Assembly: GCA_965247295.1 (NCBI GenBank)
Contig: CBDFGQ010000004.1
Location: 65,356-129,355, forward strand
Length of the DNA stretch: 64,000 bases
Source of the DNA: Dehalococcoidia bacterium
GTDB taxonomy: Bacteria > Chloroflexota > Dehalococcoidia > Lucifugimonadales > JAGWBF01
Direction of reading: 5' to 3'
Shown: positions 37,794-46,710 of the stretch, in pieces
Position numbering within the stretch: position 1 is the first letter of the stretch
Layout of the letters: each line of letters opens with the position of its first letter
The notes under the pieces: model-generated
Told to the model about the DNA's origin: nothing
Database searches by the model: none
Seen by the model: only the letters and a program-made list of their open reading frames with translations
Position numbers and translations under genes: made by a program

Positions 37794-38172
37794 GCACGAA
37801 GCGGATGAAATCGGCGATACTCCTGATTGCCTCATCCGATAGTTCTTTGCCTGTGGACCTCAGAGCCAACGACGCCTCGTTCATGACCAACTCGCGGTCG
37901 GCTTCTATGGGCGACTGCTCGGCCTTGGATTCTGGTTCCGGCTGTCTTTGATCCCCTTCGCCAAAGAACCACTCGTAGGGCTTGTCATATGCGTGGGCTA
38001 GAGAGCGCAAGGCCGGCCCTGAAGGGTTTACGCGGTCAGTTTCATAGCTGTAAATCGTGTTGGGATCAACCCCTATAGCCTGACCAGCTTGCCTCTGCGT
38101 CAAGCCAGCTTCAACCCTAGCTTGCTTTAGGCGCTGTCCCAACCCACTGTTGCTTCCGTCGCCACGACCCAA
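37756..38172 (-). CDS. XRE-family HTH repressor (CI/ImmR-like)
   Basis: LGQRLKQARVEAGLTQRQAGQAIGVDPNTIYSYETDRVNPS. Divergent from a Cro-like gene. Confidence 0.85.
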   Translation of the reverse strand: MGRGDGSNSGLGQRLKQARVEAGLTQRQAGQAIGVDPNTIYSYETDRVNPSGPALRSLAHAYDKPYEWFFGEGDQRQPEPESKAEQSPIEADRELVMNEASLALRSTGKELSDEAIRSIADFIRFVHEKERRESQSGS

Positions 38173-38283
38173 TTTCTTGTTACCTCGCTGTCTATTTTAA
38201 GTTGACCCTCTTGACAAGGTAGACTAATTACAATAGACTATTTAGAGAGAATTACTCTAGTTAACAGAGGGACAGGTATTGAG
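38173..38283. promoter_or_regulatory. Divergent immunity-region promoter/operator segment
   Basis: TTGACA (38211-38216), 17 nt, TAGACT (38234-38239). TAGACT is repeated at 38220 and 38234, with the inverted half-site GTCTA at 38190. Confidence 0.5.
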
Positions 38284-38508
38284 ATGGCCAAGACGCCGAC
38301 TCAGGAAAAGCTAGAGGCCCAAAGAAGCAAGGGCATGGCGGACATACTCCGAGAAGCCCTGGAAGGCCGCCGCGGTCAGAAGCACATGGTCACCATTGCC
38401 GCTATGGACCTTGGAGTGACCGACGCCACCCTTTATCAATGGTGCCGGGAGTTCGGCATCGACATCGACGACTACCGGCGTCCGGCGGTTCGGGAGGGGG
38501 AAGCATGA
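38284..38508 (+). CDS. Cro/early-regulator-like small HTH protein
   Basis: 74 aa. Position divergent from the repressor. IAAMDLGVTDATLYQWCREFGI is HTH-like. Confidence 0.55.
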   Translation: MAKTPTQEKLEAQRSKGMADILREALEGRRGQKHMVTIAAMDLGVTDATLYQWCREFGIDIDDYRRPAVREGEA

Positions 38509-38732
38509 GCGTTGTTGAAAAGCGGGCTCTGAGGCTGGAAGAAGTAGTTGGGCTCGTTAGCCTGTCCAGTGCGACGGTCTACCGGATGATGTCGCGAGGC
38601 GAGTTTCCCCGTCCTGTGTGGGTCGGTCGGCGGGCAGCCAGATGGCACTCCGATGAGGTGGAGGAGTGGCTGGCCTCCCACCCACACACCGTTCCCGAAA
38701 GCCCAGGGCGAGCGAAGGAGGTGCGTCGATGA
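38505..38732 (+). CDS. AlpA/excisionase-type DNA-binding protein
   Basis: LRLEEVVGLVSLSSATVYRMMSRGEFPRPVWVGRRAARWHSDEVEEWL. ATGA overlap with the upstream stop. Confidence 0.7.
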   Translation: MSVVEKRALRLEEVVGLVSLSSATVYRMMSRGEFPRPVWVGRRAARWHSDEVEEWLASHPHTVPESPGRAKEVRR

Positions 38733-39046
38733 GCTGCACGACGGTGAGAGCGCACACACGGCGGGGCTATCAGGTCCGGGCGCACAGCAGGCGGACGGTA
38801 GGCCGGAACGTCGCCGACGTGCTGACCAGCGACCTGGACCGGATATATGACGAGCGGGACACGCAGGGTCCCCCACGAGGCATCGTTGGCGCCAACCCCG
38901 ACTGCCCGCATCCAGGCTGGTATCCGATCCGGCGACTCCTCGTGGATACGCCATACGAAGACAGTCCGATACTGGCGTACTGCTGCACGGGCTGCGCGGC
39001 GACGAAGGCTAGGGAGCGAGTGCTGGCGGAGGGGGATGAGGGGTAG
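38729..39046 (+). CDS. Hypothetical protein
   Basis: ATGA-coupled ORF, 105 aa, Cys-containing C-terminus (YCCTGCAATKA). Confidence 0.45.
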   Translation: MSCTTVRAHTRRGYQVRAHSRRTVGRNVADVLTSDLDRIYDERDTQGPPRGIVGANPDCPHPGWYPIRRLLVDTPYEDSPILAYCCTGCAATKARERVLAEGDEG

Positions 39047-39087
39047 TGGTCACAACGGTTGACACAAGCGGAGAAGGAGGACGGGTT

Positions 39088-39774
39088 ATGACGACTGTAT
39101 GGACGCAAGAGGCGGACGCACGGTTACGGAACTATCTCGCATCACACGAGTTGGCCGACGGCATTGGTACGGAGGAGTCGGCCTGCTCAGTCGCGGCGAT
39201 CAACCTCGCGCTCACTGCGGAGTTGACGGACACCATCCCGATGTGTATGTCGAAGGTTATCGGTCAATGGATGATGGCTGTCCAGGATGTGATGCCCTCG
39301 GAGATGCGCAACTCGCCGGGGTGGAAGTGTTTGCTGCCGATCGCCGCTGGCACGGGCCGTGAGAGGGAGGAGGAACGGCTAGCTCTGGTCATGGATTGGA
39401 TGTGGGAGACGGTGCTCCCCGATTTACAGAGCGTAGCGGACCAGGGCGGCTTCGGCGCCGAGTGGCGGACGATGTGCGTGGAGAAGTCCCCCGAGGCTGC
39501 CAGGGCCGCCGCCAGGGCTGCCGCCGGGGCTGCCGCCGGGGCCGCCGCCGGGGATGTCGCCTGGGATGCCGCCTGGGCCGCCGCCAGGGCTGCCGAAGCC
39601 TTTGCCGCCGCCAGGGCCGCCGCCAGGGCTGCCGAAGCCTTTGCCGCCGCCAGGGCCGCCGCCAGGGCCGCCGCCTGGGCCGCCGCCTGGGCCGCCGCCG
39701 GGGATGTCGCCTGGGAGCGGTACGACCCTGTTGGGCTGTTAGCGCGGTTGGTGGAGGGGGTGGAGAGCTCGTGA
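39088..39774 (+). CDS. Hypothetical protein with C-terminal Ala-rich 4-residue-periodic repeat array
   Basis: ATG at 39088 with GAAGGAGGA upstream. Globular N-terminal domain, then AARAAARAAAGAAAGAAAGDVAWDAAWAAARAAEAFAAARAAARAAEAFAAARAAARAAAWAAAWAAAGDVAWE. Confidence 0.65.
   Translation: MTTVWTQEADARLRNYLASHELADGIGTEESACSVAAINLALTAELTDTIPMCMSKVIGQWMMAVQDVMPSEMRNSPGWKCLLPIAAGTGREREEERLALVMDWMWETVLPDLQSVADQGGFGAEWRTMCVEKSPEAARAAARAAAGAAAGAAAGDVAWDAAWAAARAAEAFAAARAAARAAEAFAAARAAARAAAWAAAWAAAGDVAWERYDPVGLLARLVEGVESS
39493..39716 (+). repeat. Coding tandem repeat (12-nt period) including a perfect 39-bp tandem duplication
   Basis: 39586-39624 and 39625-39663 are identical. GCCGCCGGGGATGTCGCCTGGGA occurs at both ends of the array. 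Confidence 0.85.
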
Positions 39775-40013
39775 ACGACAAGCTAGGCTACAGAGTCAAG
39801 GAGGCCGCCGAGTGCCTGAGTATCAGCGTCTGGAAACTGAAGGAGGAGATGTATCAGGGGCGCATCAGGTACATAAAAATTGGGAGCCGGGTGGTAATAC
39901 CCAGGTGGGCGTTGGAGGAAAGGCTGAGGCCCGAGGCAATGAAGCTATTGCCGATGGAGATGGGGGCGGGCACGGGCACGCTGAAGACTGACCAGGAGGC
40001 ATCACAAGCATGA
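39771..40013 (+). CDS. Excisionase-family (HTH_17) DNA-binding protein
   Basis: GTG at 39771 overlaps the upstream TGA. YRVKEAAECLSISVWKLKEEMYQGRIRYIKIGSRVVIPRWALEERL. Confidence 0.7.
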   Translation: MNDKLGYRVKEAAECLSISVWKLKEEMYQGRIRYIKIGSRVVIPRWALEERLRPEAMKLLPMEMGAGTGTLKTDQEASQA

Positions 40014-40150
40014 GCTGCTACCCGCAGACGTTCCAGTGCTCCATAGGAGACCACCGCAAGTGCAGTGGCGAGGTTCCTCACCTGAGTACGCCGCCAACGC
40101 TGTGCCAGTGCGAGTGCCACGCCAGGTATCGAGAGTTAGTCGCAGCTTAA
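40010..40150 (+). CDS. Small Cys/His-rich hypothetical protein (46 aa)
   Basis: Own translation: MSCYPQTFQCSIGDHRKCSGEVPHLSTPPTLCQCECHARYRELVAA. ATGA-coupled to the upstream gene. Below the track size cutoff. Confidence 0.35.
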   Translation: MSCYPQTFQCSIGDHRKCSGEVPHLSTPPTLCQCECHARYRELVAA

Positions 40151-40169
40151 GCATAGATAGAGAGGAATC

Positions 40170-40964
40170 ATGACAACCGAGTTAGCGAAAAGCCAAGCAA
40201 CGCTACTGGAGAAGGTCGTGATCCAGGGCGACCTGGAGAAACTATCGCCAGCCGAACGCCTGCATTACTACAGCAAGGTCTGTGAATCCTTGGGCCTGAA
40301 TCCCCTCACCCAACCCTTTGCCTACATCAAGCTATCCGGCAAGCTCCGACTCTATGCCACCAAGGACGCCACTGAGCAACTGGCCCAGATTCATGGAATA
40401 AGCATTGGGCTATCTGATGGACAGACGATAGACGGTATGTACGTGATAAAGGCCACAGCAGCCAAGGAAGGCCGGTCCGCCGACGCAACGGGCGCAGTCC
40501 CCATTGAGAACCTGAAGGGCGAGCCCAAAGCCAACGCCCTGATGAAGGCGGAGACGAAGGCGTCACGGCGGGCGGTGCTTCGTCTCGTGGGTCTGGGCTG
40601 GCTGGACGAGACCGAGGTTGACAGTGTGCCCGGGTCTACTCATGTGACCGTGGATCAAACCACCGGCGAGATAGCGGAGGCAAGGCCGGACTTTGAGCTT
40701 CGAGACTACCAAGGGGAGAGCGTGGAAGGTCTGCGGCAAGGGCTCCGTGAGGGGCATCTGCCGCCAGCACTCAACGGCGATGCCAAGGCTGGCAGCGTCG
40801 AGGCCCTCGCAGCCCATATGAAGACCCTGGGGTGGGAGTGGGAAACATTCGAGACGAAGGTCCTGGGGATGACCTGGGGTGAGTGGATGAAACTGGGAGG
40901 CGATCCTGGGACGGCATGGCGCCGGTTCCAGAACTGGCAAGAGGAGGAGAACGATGCTGACTAA
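40170..40964 (+). CDS. RecT/Red-beta-type single-strand annealing protein
   Basis: LSPAERLHYYSKVCESLGLNPLTQPFAYIKL...ALMKAETKASRRAVLRLVGLG. Confidence 0.8.
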   Translation: MTTELAKSQATLLEKVVIQGDLEKLSPAERLHYYSKVCESLGLNPLTQPFAYIKLSGKLRLYATKDATEQLAQIHGISIGLSDGQTIDGMYVIKATAAKEGRSADATGAVPIENLKGEPKANALMKAETKASRRAVLRLVGLGWLDETEVDSVPGSTHVTVDQTTGEIAEARPDFELRDYQGESVEGLRQGLREGHLPPALNGDAKAGSVEALAAHMKTLGWEWETFETKVLGMTWGEWMKLGGDPGTAWRRFQNWQEEENDAD

Positions 40965-41748
40965 GACGGACGTGCAACTGCTACCACAGTACCGGGACAT
41001 CAGCATAGAGCTGGTTGAGAAGCGCCGGCAGCACTGGTACAGGGTGAGTGGGTACGACGAGCTCCTGCCGTCCGTGACGACCTTCCTCAAGGTGATCGAC
41101 AAGTCCGGCCCCTTGGTGGGCTGGGCCCGGAAGGACGCACTGGAGAAGGCGGCAGAAGAGCTCCGAGCGCAGTTGCAGATCGCAGTGCCCTGGCGGGATG
41201 AGGATCAAGTGCCGTGGGTGGACGACGTTATAGCGGGCGCCAAGGACCGGATATACCGCACGAAGGACAGCGCTGCGGATGCGGGTAAGGCTGCCCACGA
41301 GCTCGTCGCCGCCATCCTCCAGGGCGGCAGCCCCCTGGTGCCGGATGCGTTGCGCCCGGCGGTCCAGGGCGCCCAGGAGATGCTCGCGGACTATCGGCTC
41401 AGCCCCGTCGCCACAGAGCACCTCGTCTGGCACCCCTCCCAGCAGTACGCAGGGACTATCGATCTCGTGGCCCGTGATGCCGATGGCCGGCTGGTGGTAG
41501 TGGACTGGAAGCGGGCCAAGGGCATCTATCCTGAACACGGCTATCAGGTCGCAGCCTATGCTGACGCCCTAGAAACCCTTACCGGTGAGCCGGTGGCCAG
41601 CGCCTATGTGGTCCGCCTTCTCCAGGACGACCAGGGCGACCTGCGTTACGAAGTCCGGGCCGTTGAAGACCGCGCCCAGGCGCAGGCCATATTCCGCTTG
41701 GCCCTGGGGCTGTGGTGGGCGCTGAAGGAGCCGATATGGAGCCCCTAA
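40954..41748 (+). CDS. PD-(D/E)XK exonuclease (YqaJ/Cas4-like recombination exonuclease)
   Basis: YAGTIDLVARDADGRLVVVDWKRAKG (D...D-x-K) motif. Follows the annealing protein. Confidence 0.75.
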   Translation: MLTKTDVQLLPQYRDISIELVEKRRQHWYRVSGYDELLPSVTTFLKVIDKSGPLVGWARKDALEKAAEELRAQLQIAVPWRDEDQVPWVDDVIAGAKDRIYRTKDSAADAGKAAHELVAAILQGGSPLVPDALRPAVQGAQEMLADYRLSPVATEHLVWHPSQQYAGTIDLVARDADGRLVVVDWKRAKGIYPEHGYQVAAYADALETLTGEPVASAYVVRLLQDDQGDLRYEVRAVEDRAQAQAIFRLALGLWWALKEPIWSP

Positions 41749-42692
41749 CGCGCCACCCGCTGAGCACCCTCTGGGGGGACATGCCCGAAGAGCAGTTTCG
41801 CGAGTTTGTAGCAGGGCTGAGGGAGCGGCATACCCGCCAGATGGTCATGACCCTGGACGGGAAAATCCTGGACGGGTGGCACCGCTACAAAGCCTGCCTG
41901 GAGTTGTGTATCGATCCGTTTTTTGCCGTCTATACCGAGGATGACCCAGTGGGCTACGTCATACGGGAGAACGCGATGCGGCGCCACCTAACCCCAGGGC
42001 AGCGGGCCGCCTGCATTGTGGCCTGTCACGAGTGGGCGAAGACGGGGCGCCCCCAAAAGGGTGACCGAGGGTCACCCTTTTATACGGAGGATGACCCTGA
42101 TACGGCCCGACTCATGGGGGGTGCACCCGGTTCACCCCTTCCAGCGACCGTCTCAAAGATGGCAGAGGAGGCCAGCGTCAGTGAGCGCACCATCCAGCGT
42201 GCCAAGGTAGCAGAGGAAGCAGGGTTAGGCAACGCCATCCGTTCCGGCGAACTCTCTCCCAAAGCTGCGGCAGAGCAAGCCCGCCAACAGTCCGGCGCAC
42301 CACCCAAGCCCAAAGGCCCAACCCTCACCGAGCGCTTAGAGGCGCAGGTGGATGCCCTGCAGATGGAAGTCCACGAAAAGGCCCAGCGGATTGAGGGGCT
42401 AGAACGGGAGCTCCGCGAGGCCATGGCCCAGCAGTCCGAGTATCCCCACGAGCGCGAGGCGGTCGCCAACGAGCGCGAGGCCATGATCTCGGCCCTGCGC
42501 GGGTCGGTGAATGAGTGGCAGACGAAGCACAACGACGAACGCCGCCGGGCCAACTGGTGGGAGCGGCAAGCCCGGTCCCGCGGATGGAAGCGGGAGGGCC
42601 AAGCGAAACCACCGGACGCAGACGAGGAAGTAGAGCCACCCGAGTTTCCGATATACGAGGGCTGGGACGGCCAGGAGCACGGAGAGTTTTAG
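41736..42692 (+). CDS. ParB-like nuclease (ParB N-terminal/sulfiredoxin-fold) domain protein
   Basis: MVMTLDGKILDGWHRYKACLEL is ParB/Srx-like. Coiled-coil C-terminus. Confidence 0.75.
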   Translation: MEPLTRHPLSTLWGDMPEEQFREFVAGLRERHTRQMVMTLDGKILDGWHRYKACLELCIDPFFAVYTEDDPVGYVIRENAMRRHLTPGQRAACIVACHEWAKTGRPQKGDRGSPFYTEDDPDTARLMGGAPGSPLPATVSKMAEEASVSERTIQRAKVAEEAGLGNAIRSGELSPKAAAEQARQQSGAPPKPKGPTLTERLEAQVDALQMEVHEKAQRIEGLERELREAMAQQSEYPHEREAVANEREAMISALRGSVNEWQTKHNDERRRANWWERQARSRGWKREGQAKPPDADEEVEPPEFPIYEGWDGQEHGEF

Positions 42693-42693
42693 T

Positions 42694-45261
42694 ATGACCA
42701 CGGCATCCCTTTTGGAACCCACCCAGACACTGGACTTGCGCCCGTACCAGGTCCACAGCATCGAGGAGCTGCGGGAGGCCTTACGGCAGGGCTACCGGCG
42801 CATCATCCTCTGCGCTCCGACGGGCAGCGGGAAATGCTTGGCCAAGGGGACCAAAGTTCTCACCTACGGCGGGCATACTCTCAGGGTCGAACAAGTAGAG
42901 CCCGGCATGGCCCTGATGGGGCCGGACAGCCAGCCGCGGTACGTGAAGTCAATATCTCGCGGCTACGGCCCGATGGTCCAGGTTGTCCCCGTTAAAGGCC
43001 AGCCATGGCGGTGCAACGACGAACACATTCTGACCTTGGTGCGGACCTCTGACGGCAAGACCAACCGGGGCGGCGAGATTGTTGATGTTAGTGTCCTCGA
43101 TTGGATGCAGTGGTCGGATTACCAGAAGCATTTGCACAAGCTGTTCAGGGTTAGCGTCGACTTCTCAAGCGCACTCCCCCAACCGCTTCTCGTCGAGCCG
43201 TACCTGTTGGGGTTGCTGCTTGGCGACGGCTCGTTGACCCGCGGTGTCACCAGCATCTGCAATCCCGACCCCGAGGTGATCGAATACTGCCGTCACGCTG
43301 CGAACGCCTGGGGCCTGTACCTCCAAGACAATTTTTCCGAAAACCGCGCTCCGTCCTACACCTTCTCTCAAGGTCGCCCCAGAGGCGCCGAGAACCCGTT
43401 GACCTCCGTGCTGCGGAAGATAGGCGTCCACGGCGACGATGCTTACCTCAAACACGTTCCCCACGCCTACCAAGTCGCGCCCCGAGAGGAACGGCTGCAA
43501 CTGCTGGCCGGGCTGCTGGATACCGATGGGCATCTGTCCAATGGTTACTTCGACTACATTTCCGCTTCGAGAGAGTTAGCCGAAGATGTCGCGTTCGTGG
43601 CTCGAAGCGTCGGACTAGCGGCTTACGTCAAGCAGTGTGAGAAGGGCATAGCCTCCACCGGATTCAGGGGCACCTACCACCGGGTCTCGATTTCCGGCGA
43701 CGTTGACATGATCCCGACGCGGGTCACGCGCAAGCAGGCCCAACCACGCCAGCAAAAGAAGGACGTACTTCGCACCGGCTTCCATATACAGCCGGTAGGC
43801 GACGATGACTACTACGGCTTCACTCTCACCGGCGATGGGCGCTACCTGCTGGGAGATTTCACGGTCACCCACAACACCGAGATGGCAATCCATCTAGTCC
43901 AGGAGGCCCAGGCCAAGGGTAGCCGGGTGACCTTCGTGGTGGACAGCATTCCCTTGGTCAAGCAGACCAGCGGCCGATTCGCCACCTATGGCATCCCGCA
44001 CGGCTACGTCCAAGGCAAGAACACCCGGGGCCGTGGAGAACGCATCCAGGTGGCGATGGCCCAGACCATCGAGAAGCGTGAGTACTGGAACGGTTTGGAC
44101 CTGCTCATCATCGACGAGTGCCACATCCAGCGGAAGGCAATCTTGCAGTTCGCGCGGGAGTGGGGCGGGCCCGTTATCGGGTTGACCGCAACGCCCCTGA
44201 CGAAGGGGTTGAACGAGGCCTACGAGACCATCGTAAATGCCACGACGACGGACGGGCTGCTGGCCGAGGGCTGGCTGGCCCCGCTGCGCATCTACGCGGC
44301 CACCGAGATCGACATGGCCGGCGCGTCGAAGGACAAGGACGGGGAGTGGACGAGATCCGAGGTCCGCAACCGAGGCGGCAAGATCGTGGGCGACATCGTG
44401 AGCGAGTGGGCCGGCAAGACCCTTCAACACTTCGGCGGAACTGTCAAAACGCTGGTGTTCTCGGCGGACGTGGCCCATGGAGAGGAGTTGTGCCGGGCGT
44501 TTCAGGCCCAAGGCTACGACTTCCGGCAGTCCACGTATCACGACTCCGACGACGACACGGAGCGCCTGGTCGAGGGATTCACGCAGTGCTCCTTCACCGG
44601 CCTAGTATCGGTCGCCAAGTTCGTCAAAGGCTTCGACGTGAAGGACGTGCTGTGCGGGATCGACGCCCGCCCCAACTCAAGCTCGCTGTCCGAGGTCATT
44701 CAGAAGATGGGCCGGGTGATGCGTTCCAGCCCGGGTAAGGACTACGGGCTGTGGCTCGACCATGCCGGGAACATGGCCGGCTGGTACGACGACGTGTGCA
44801 ACATCTGGGCCAACGGCGTGGACCGCCTGCCCGATCCCACCGACCCAAAGAAGACCCGGAAGGAAGGCCGGGAGCGCCAGGAGGTAACGTGCCTGGGCTG
44901 CGGGTACGTGCTGCCCCCGAAAGCGGGCAGCTGCCCGTACTGCGGCAAGCCGCGGTCAAGGGCCAGGACCAGCTCGACGACCGTCCCAGGCCGCATGGAG
45001 GAACTGACCCGGCCTGGGTCTCGGGAATGGCAGAAGGATCGGCAGTGGACGTGGGAGCAACTATGCCGTGTGGCGCTGAACCGCAAAGGTGGGGATGTGG
45101 CGACAGCCCAGCGGCATGTCAAGTGGCTCTACAACCTCATGTTCGGTCAATGGCCAGCCCGGGACGCACCATTCACTCCTGCTGCTGCTGCGCCGGATGA
45201 GCGTGTAGAGAGAAAGGTACGGCAGCTGGTCATGGGCTGGGTGAAGGGGAAAGGGCGATGA
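42694..45261 (+). CDS. SF2 (DEAD/DEAH-type) DNA helicase containing an intein in Walker A; C-terminal zinc ribbon
   Basis: Exteins read ...ILCAPTGSGK|TEMAIHL..., IIDECH (motif II), GLTATP (motif III), CLGCGYVLPPKAGSCPYCG. Confidence 0.85.
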   Translation: MTTASLLEPTQTLDLRPYQVHSIEELREALRQGYRRIILCAPTGSGKCLAKGTKVLTYGGHTLRVEQVEPGMALMGPDSQPRYVKSISRGYGPMVQVVPVKGQPWRCNDEHILTLVRTSDGKTNRGGEIVDVSVLDWMQWSDYQKHLHKLFRVSVDFSSALPQPLLVEPYLLGLLLGDGSLTRGVTSICNPDPEVIEYCRHAANAWGLYLQDNFSENRAPSYTFSQGRPRGAENPLTSVLRKIGVHGDDAYLKHVPHAYQVAPREERLQLLAGLLDTDGHLSNGYFDYISASRELAEDVAFVARSVGLAAYVKQCEKGIASTGFRGTYHRVSISGDVDMIPTRVTRKQAQPRQQKKDVLRTGFHIQPVGDDDYYGFTLTGDGRYLLGDFTVTHNTEMAIHLVQEAQAKGSRVTFVVDSIPLVKQTSGRFATYGIPHGYVQGKNTRGRGERIQVAMAQTIEKREYWNGLDLLIIDECHIQRKAILQFAREWGGPVIGLTATPLTKGLNEAYETIVNATTTDGLLAEGWLAPLRIYAATEIDMAGASKDKDGEWTRSEVRNRGGKIVGDIVSEWAGKTLQHFGGTVKTLVFSADVAHGEELCRAFQAQGYDFRQSTYHDSDDDTERLVEGFTQCSFTGLVSVAKFVKGFDVKDVLCGIDARPNSSSLSEVIQKMGRVMRSSPGKDYGLWLDHAGNMAGWYDDVCNIWANGVDRLPDPTDPKKTRKEGRERQEVTCLGCGYVLPPKAGSCPYCGKPRSRARTSSTTVPGRMEELTRPGSREWQKDRQWTWEQLCRVALNRKGGDVATAQRHVKWLYNLMFGQWPARDAPFTPAAAAPDERVERKVRQLVMGWVKGKGR
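42835..43875 (+). mobile_element. Intein (347 aa) with LAGLIDADG homing-endonuclease domain
   Basis: Starts CLAKGTKVLT and ends FTVTHN followed by +1 Thr. LLGLLLGDGSL and LLAGLLDTDGHL are LAGLIDADG motifs. Splits GSGK|T. Confidence 0.85.
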
Positions 45262-46274
45262 CCGATACGTTGCAGGCCGCCCTCTACAGCATCCCCGCCG
45301 ACGACCGTGAGACGTGGGTGCAAATGGGCATGGCCATCAAGTCGGAGCTGGGGGATGCAGGTTTCGATCTGTGGAACATCTGGTCTCGGCAGTCGGACCG
45401 CTACAAGGCCACGGACGCCAGAGTCGTGTGGCGGTCTATCAGGCCCAATGGCGGGATTACCATCGCCACCCTCTACCACCTGGCCAAGGAGAACGGCTGG
45501 GCAGGCCAGGCGCCGGTCATGCCCCGGCCGACGCCGGAAGAGATTCACCGGCGCCGGGAGCAGGCCCGCAGGGAGGCCGAGGAGAGGGAGCGGGCGGCGC
45601 AGAGAGCCGTCGATGAAGCAACTAAGATGCTCCAGGAGGCCGAGCTAGGCCCGCACGATTACCTGGTCGCCAAGGGATTCCCCGACGCCCAGGGTCTGGT
45701 CTTGGACGGCAAGTTGCTGGTGCCCATGCGAAGCGTGGCTTCCGGGGCCTTGCACTCGATCCAGTCCATCGCCGCGGACGGCTCCAAGAAGTTCCTGCCC
45801 GGCGGCAAGGCCAAAGGCGCGGTGTACAACCTGGGTCGGTCCTGGCCCCGTTGGTATGTAGAGGGCTACGCCACTGGACTATCGGTGCAAGCGGCCCTCA
45901 AGCGCATGTACCGGGAAGACCAGGTGGTGGTGTGCTTCTCGGCGGGGAACCTGGCCCACATCGCGCCGCCAGGGGGGGCGACCCCGCGAGCGCAGTACGT
46001 GATCGCCGACCACGACTGGTGGCGATGTCCCAAGAAAGAATGCCGGGCCAAGTGGGACTACGAATCTAAGCGCTGTCCCTCTTGTGGGTCTTCGGGGGTA
46101 ACCGAACCGGCAGGGGAGAAGCATGCGAAGCAGACTGGGCTTCCCTACTGGATGCCCAATGAGCCAGGGACGGACGCCAACGACGTGATGCTCAGCCACG
46201 GGGTGGAGGCGCTGGCGGACGCTATGAGGGAAGTTCACATGACCGCAATGCCCCGAAGGGAGGTGGTTGCCTGA
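45258..46274 (+). CDS. Primase (PriCT-2 N-terminal domain plus Toprim domain, with a zinc-ribbon insertion)
   Basis: IPADDRETWVQMGMAIKSELGDAGFDLWNIWSRQSDRYK is PriCT-2-like. WYVEGYATGLSV...VVVCFSAGNL...IADHD is Toprim-like. CPKKECRAKWDYESKRCPSCG. Confidence 0.7.
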   Translation: MTDTLQAALYSIPADDRETWVQMGMAIKSELGDAGFDLWNIWSRQSDRYKATDARVVWRSIRPNGGITIATLYHLAKENGWAGQAPVMPRPTPEEIHRRREQARREAEERERAAQRAVDEATKMLQEAELGPHDYLVAKGFPDAQGLVLDGKLLVPMRSVASGALHSIQSIAADGSKKFLPGGKAKGAVYNLGRSWPRWYVEGYATGLSVQAALKRMYREDQVVVCFSAGNLAHIAPPGGATPRAQYVIADHDWWRCPKKECRAKWDYESKRCPSCGSSGVTEPAGEKHAKQTGLPYWMPNEPGTDANDVMLSHGVEALADAMREVHMTAMPRREVVA

Positions 46275-46562
46275 TGCCTGTATCCCTAGAGGACTTCATA
46301 GCGACGTTCTATTACCAGGCGTTGAAGGAGGGTAGATAGCTTCTGTTTTCGCAAGGCCAAGCACGTCAATGGCGGCCCTCCCGATACTTGTCCATCCGGC
46401 GAGACCGCCTACATGCTCCCTCACGACGGGGAGCCGCCGTCTAGGGGGAGGGTGAAAACTGCCCCTCAATCGCACGCACATAGCGAGGTTAAACAAGGTG
46501 CTGCGGACAAACCCGCGAGGCTGGATGAGGGCGGTGAGTGACGCCGTTAGGAGGGATAGTTG

Positions 46563-46709
46563 ATGGCCCTTCAAAGGTACAGCGAACGAGGGAACTCGCG
46601 CTTAGCGAGTAGAGGCAAAAGACGGGTGGTCGTCTGGGTAGAGGGGAGGGGGGGATGTCCTATGTCCCCTAAAGAACGGAAACCGAAAAACGGCGAGGGA
46701 AAAGAGTGA
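46563..46709 (+). CDS. Possible small basic protein (48 aa)
   Basis: Own translation: MALQRYSERGNSRLASRGKRRVVVWVEGRGGCPMSPKERKPKNGEGKE. AGGAGGG lies 7 nt upstream. The stop is 1 nt before the next start. Confidence 0.3.
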   Translation: MALQRYSERGNSRLASRGKRRVVVWVEGRGGCPMSPKERKPKNGEGKE

Positions 46710-46710
46710 G

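Noticed and set aside
39389-40013. Long ORFs antisense to or out of frame with the Ala-rich repeat (39389-39781 minus, the first 125 codons of 39396-40013 plus, 39554-39742 plus), rich in RRP/PPG
   Set aside because: They are generated by the 12-nt periodic GCC-rich repeat, which is open in several frames. Only the frame with an RBS-preceded ATG (39088) and a globular N-terminal domain is credible. Only the last 80 codons of 39396-40013 are kept, as the HTH protein from GTG 39771.
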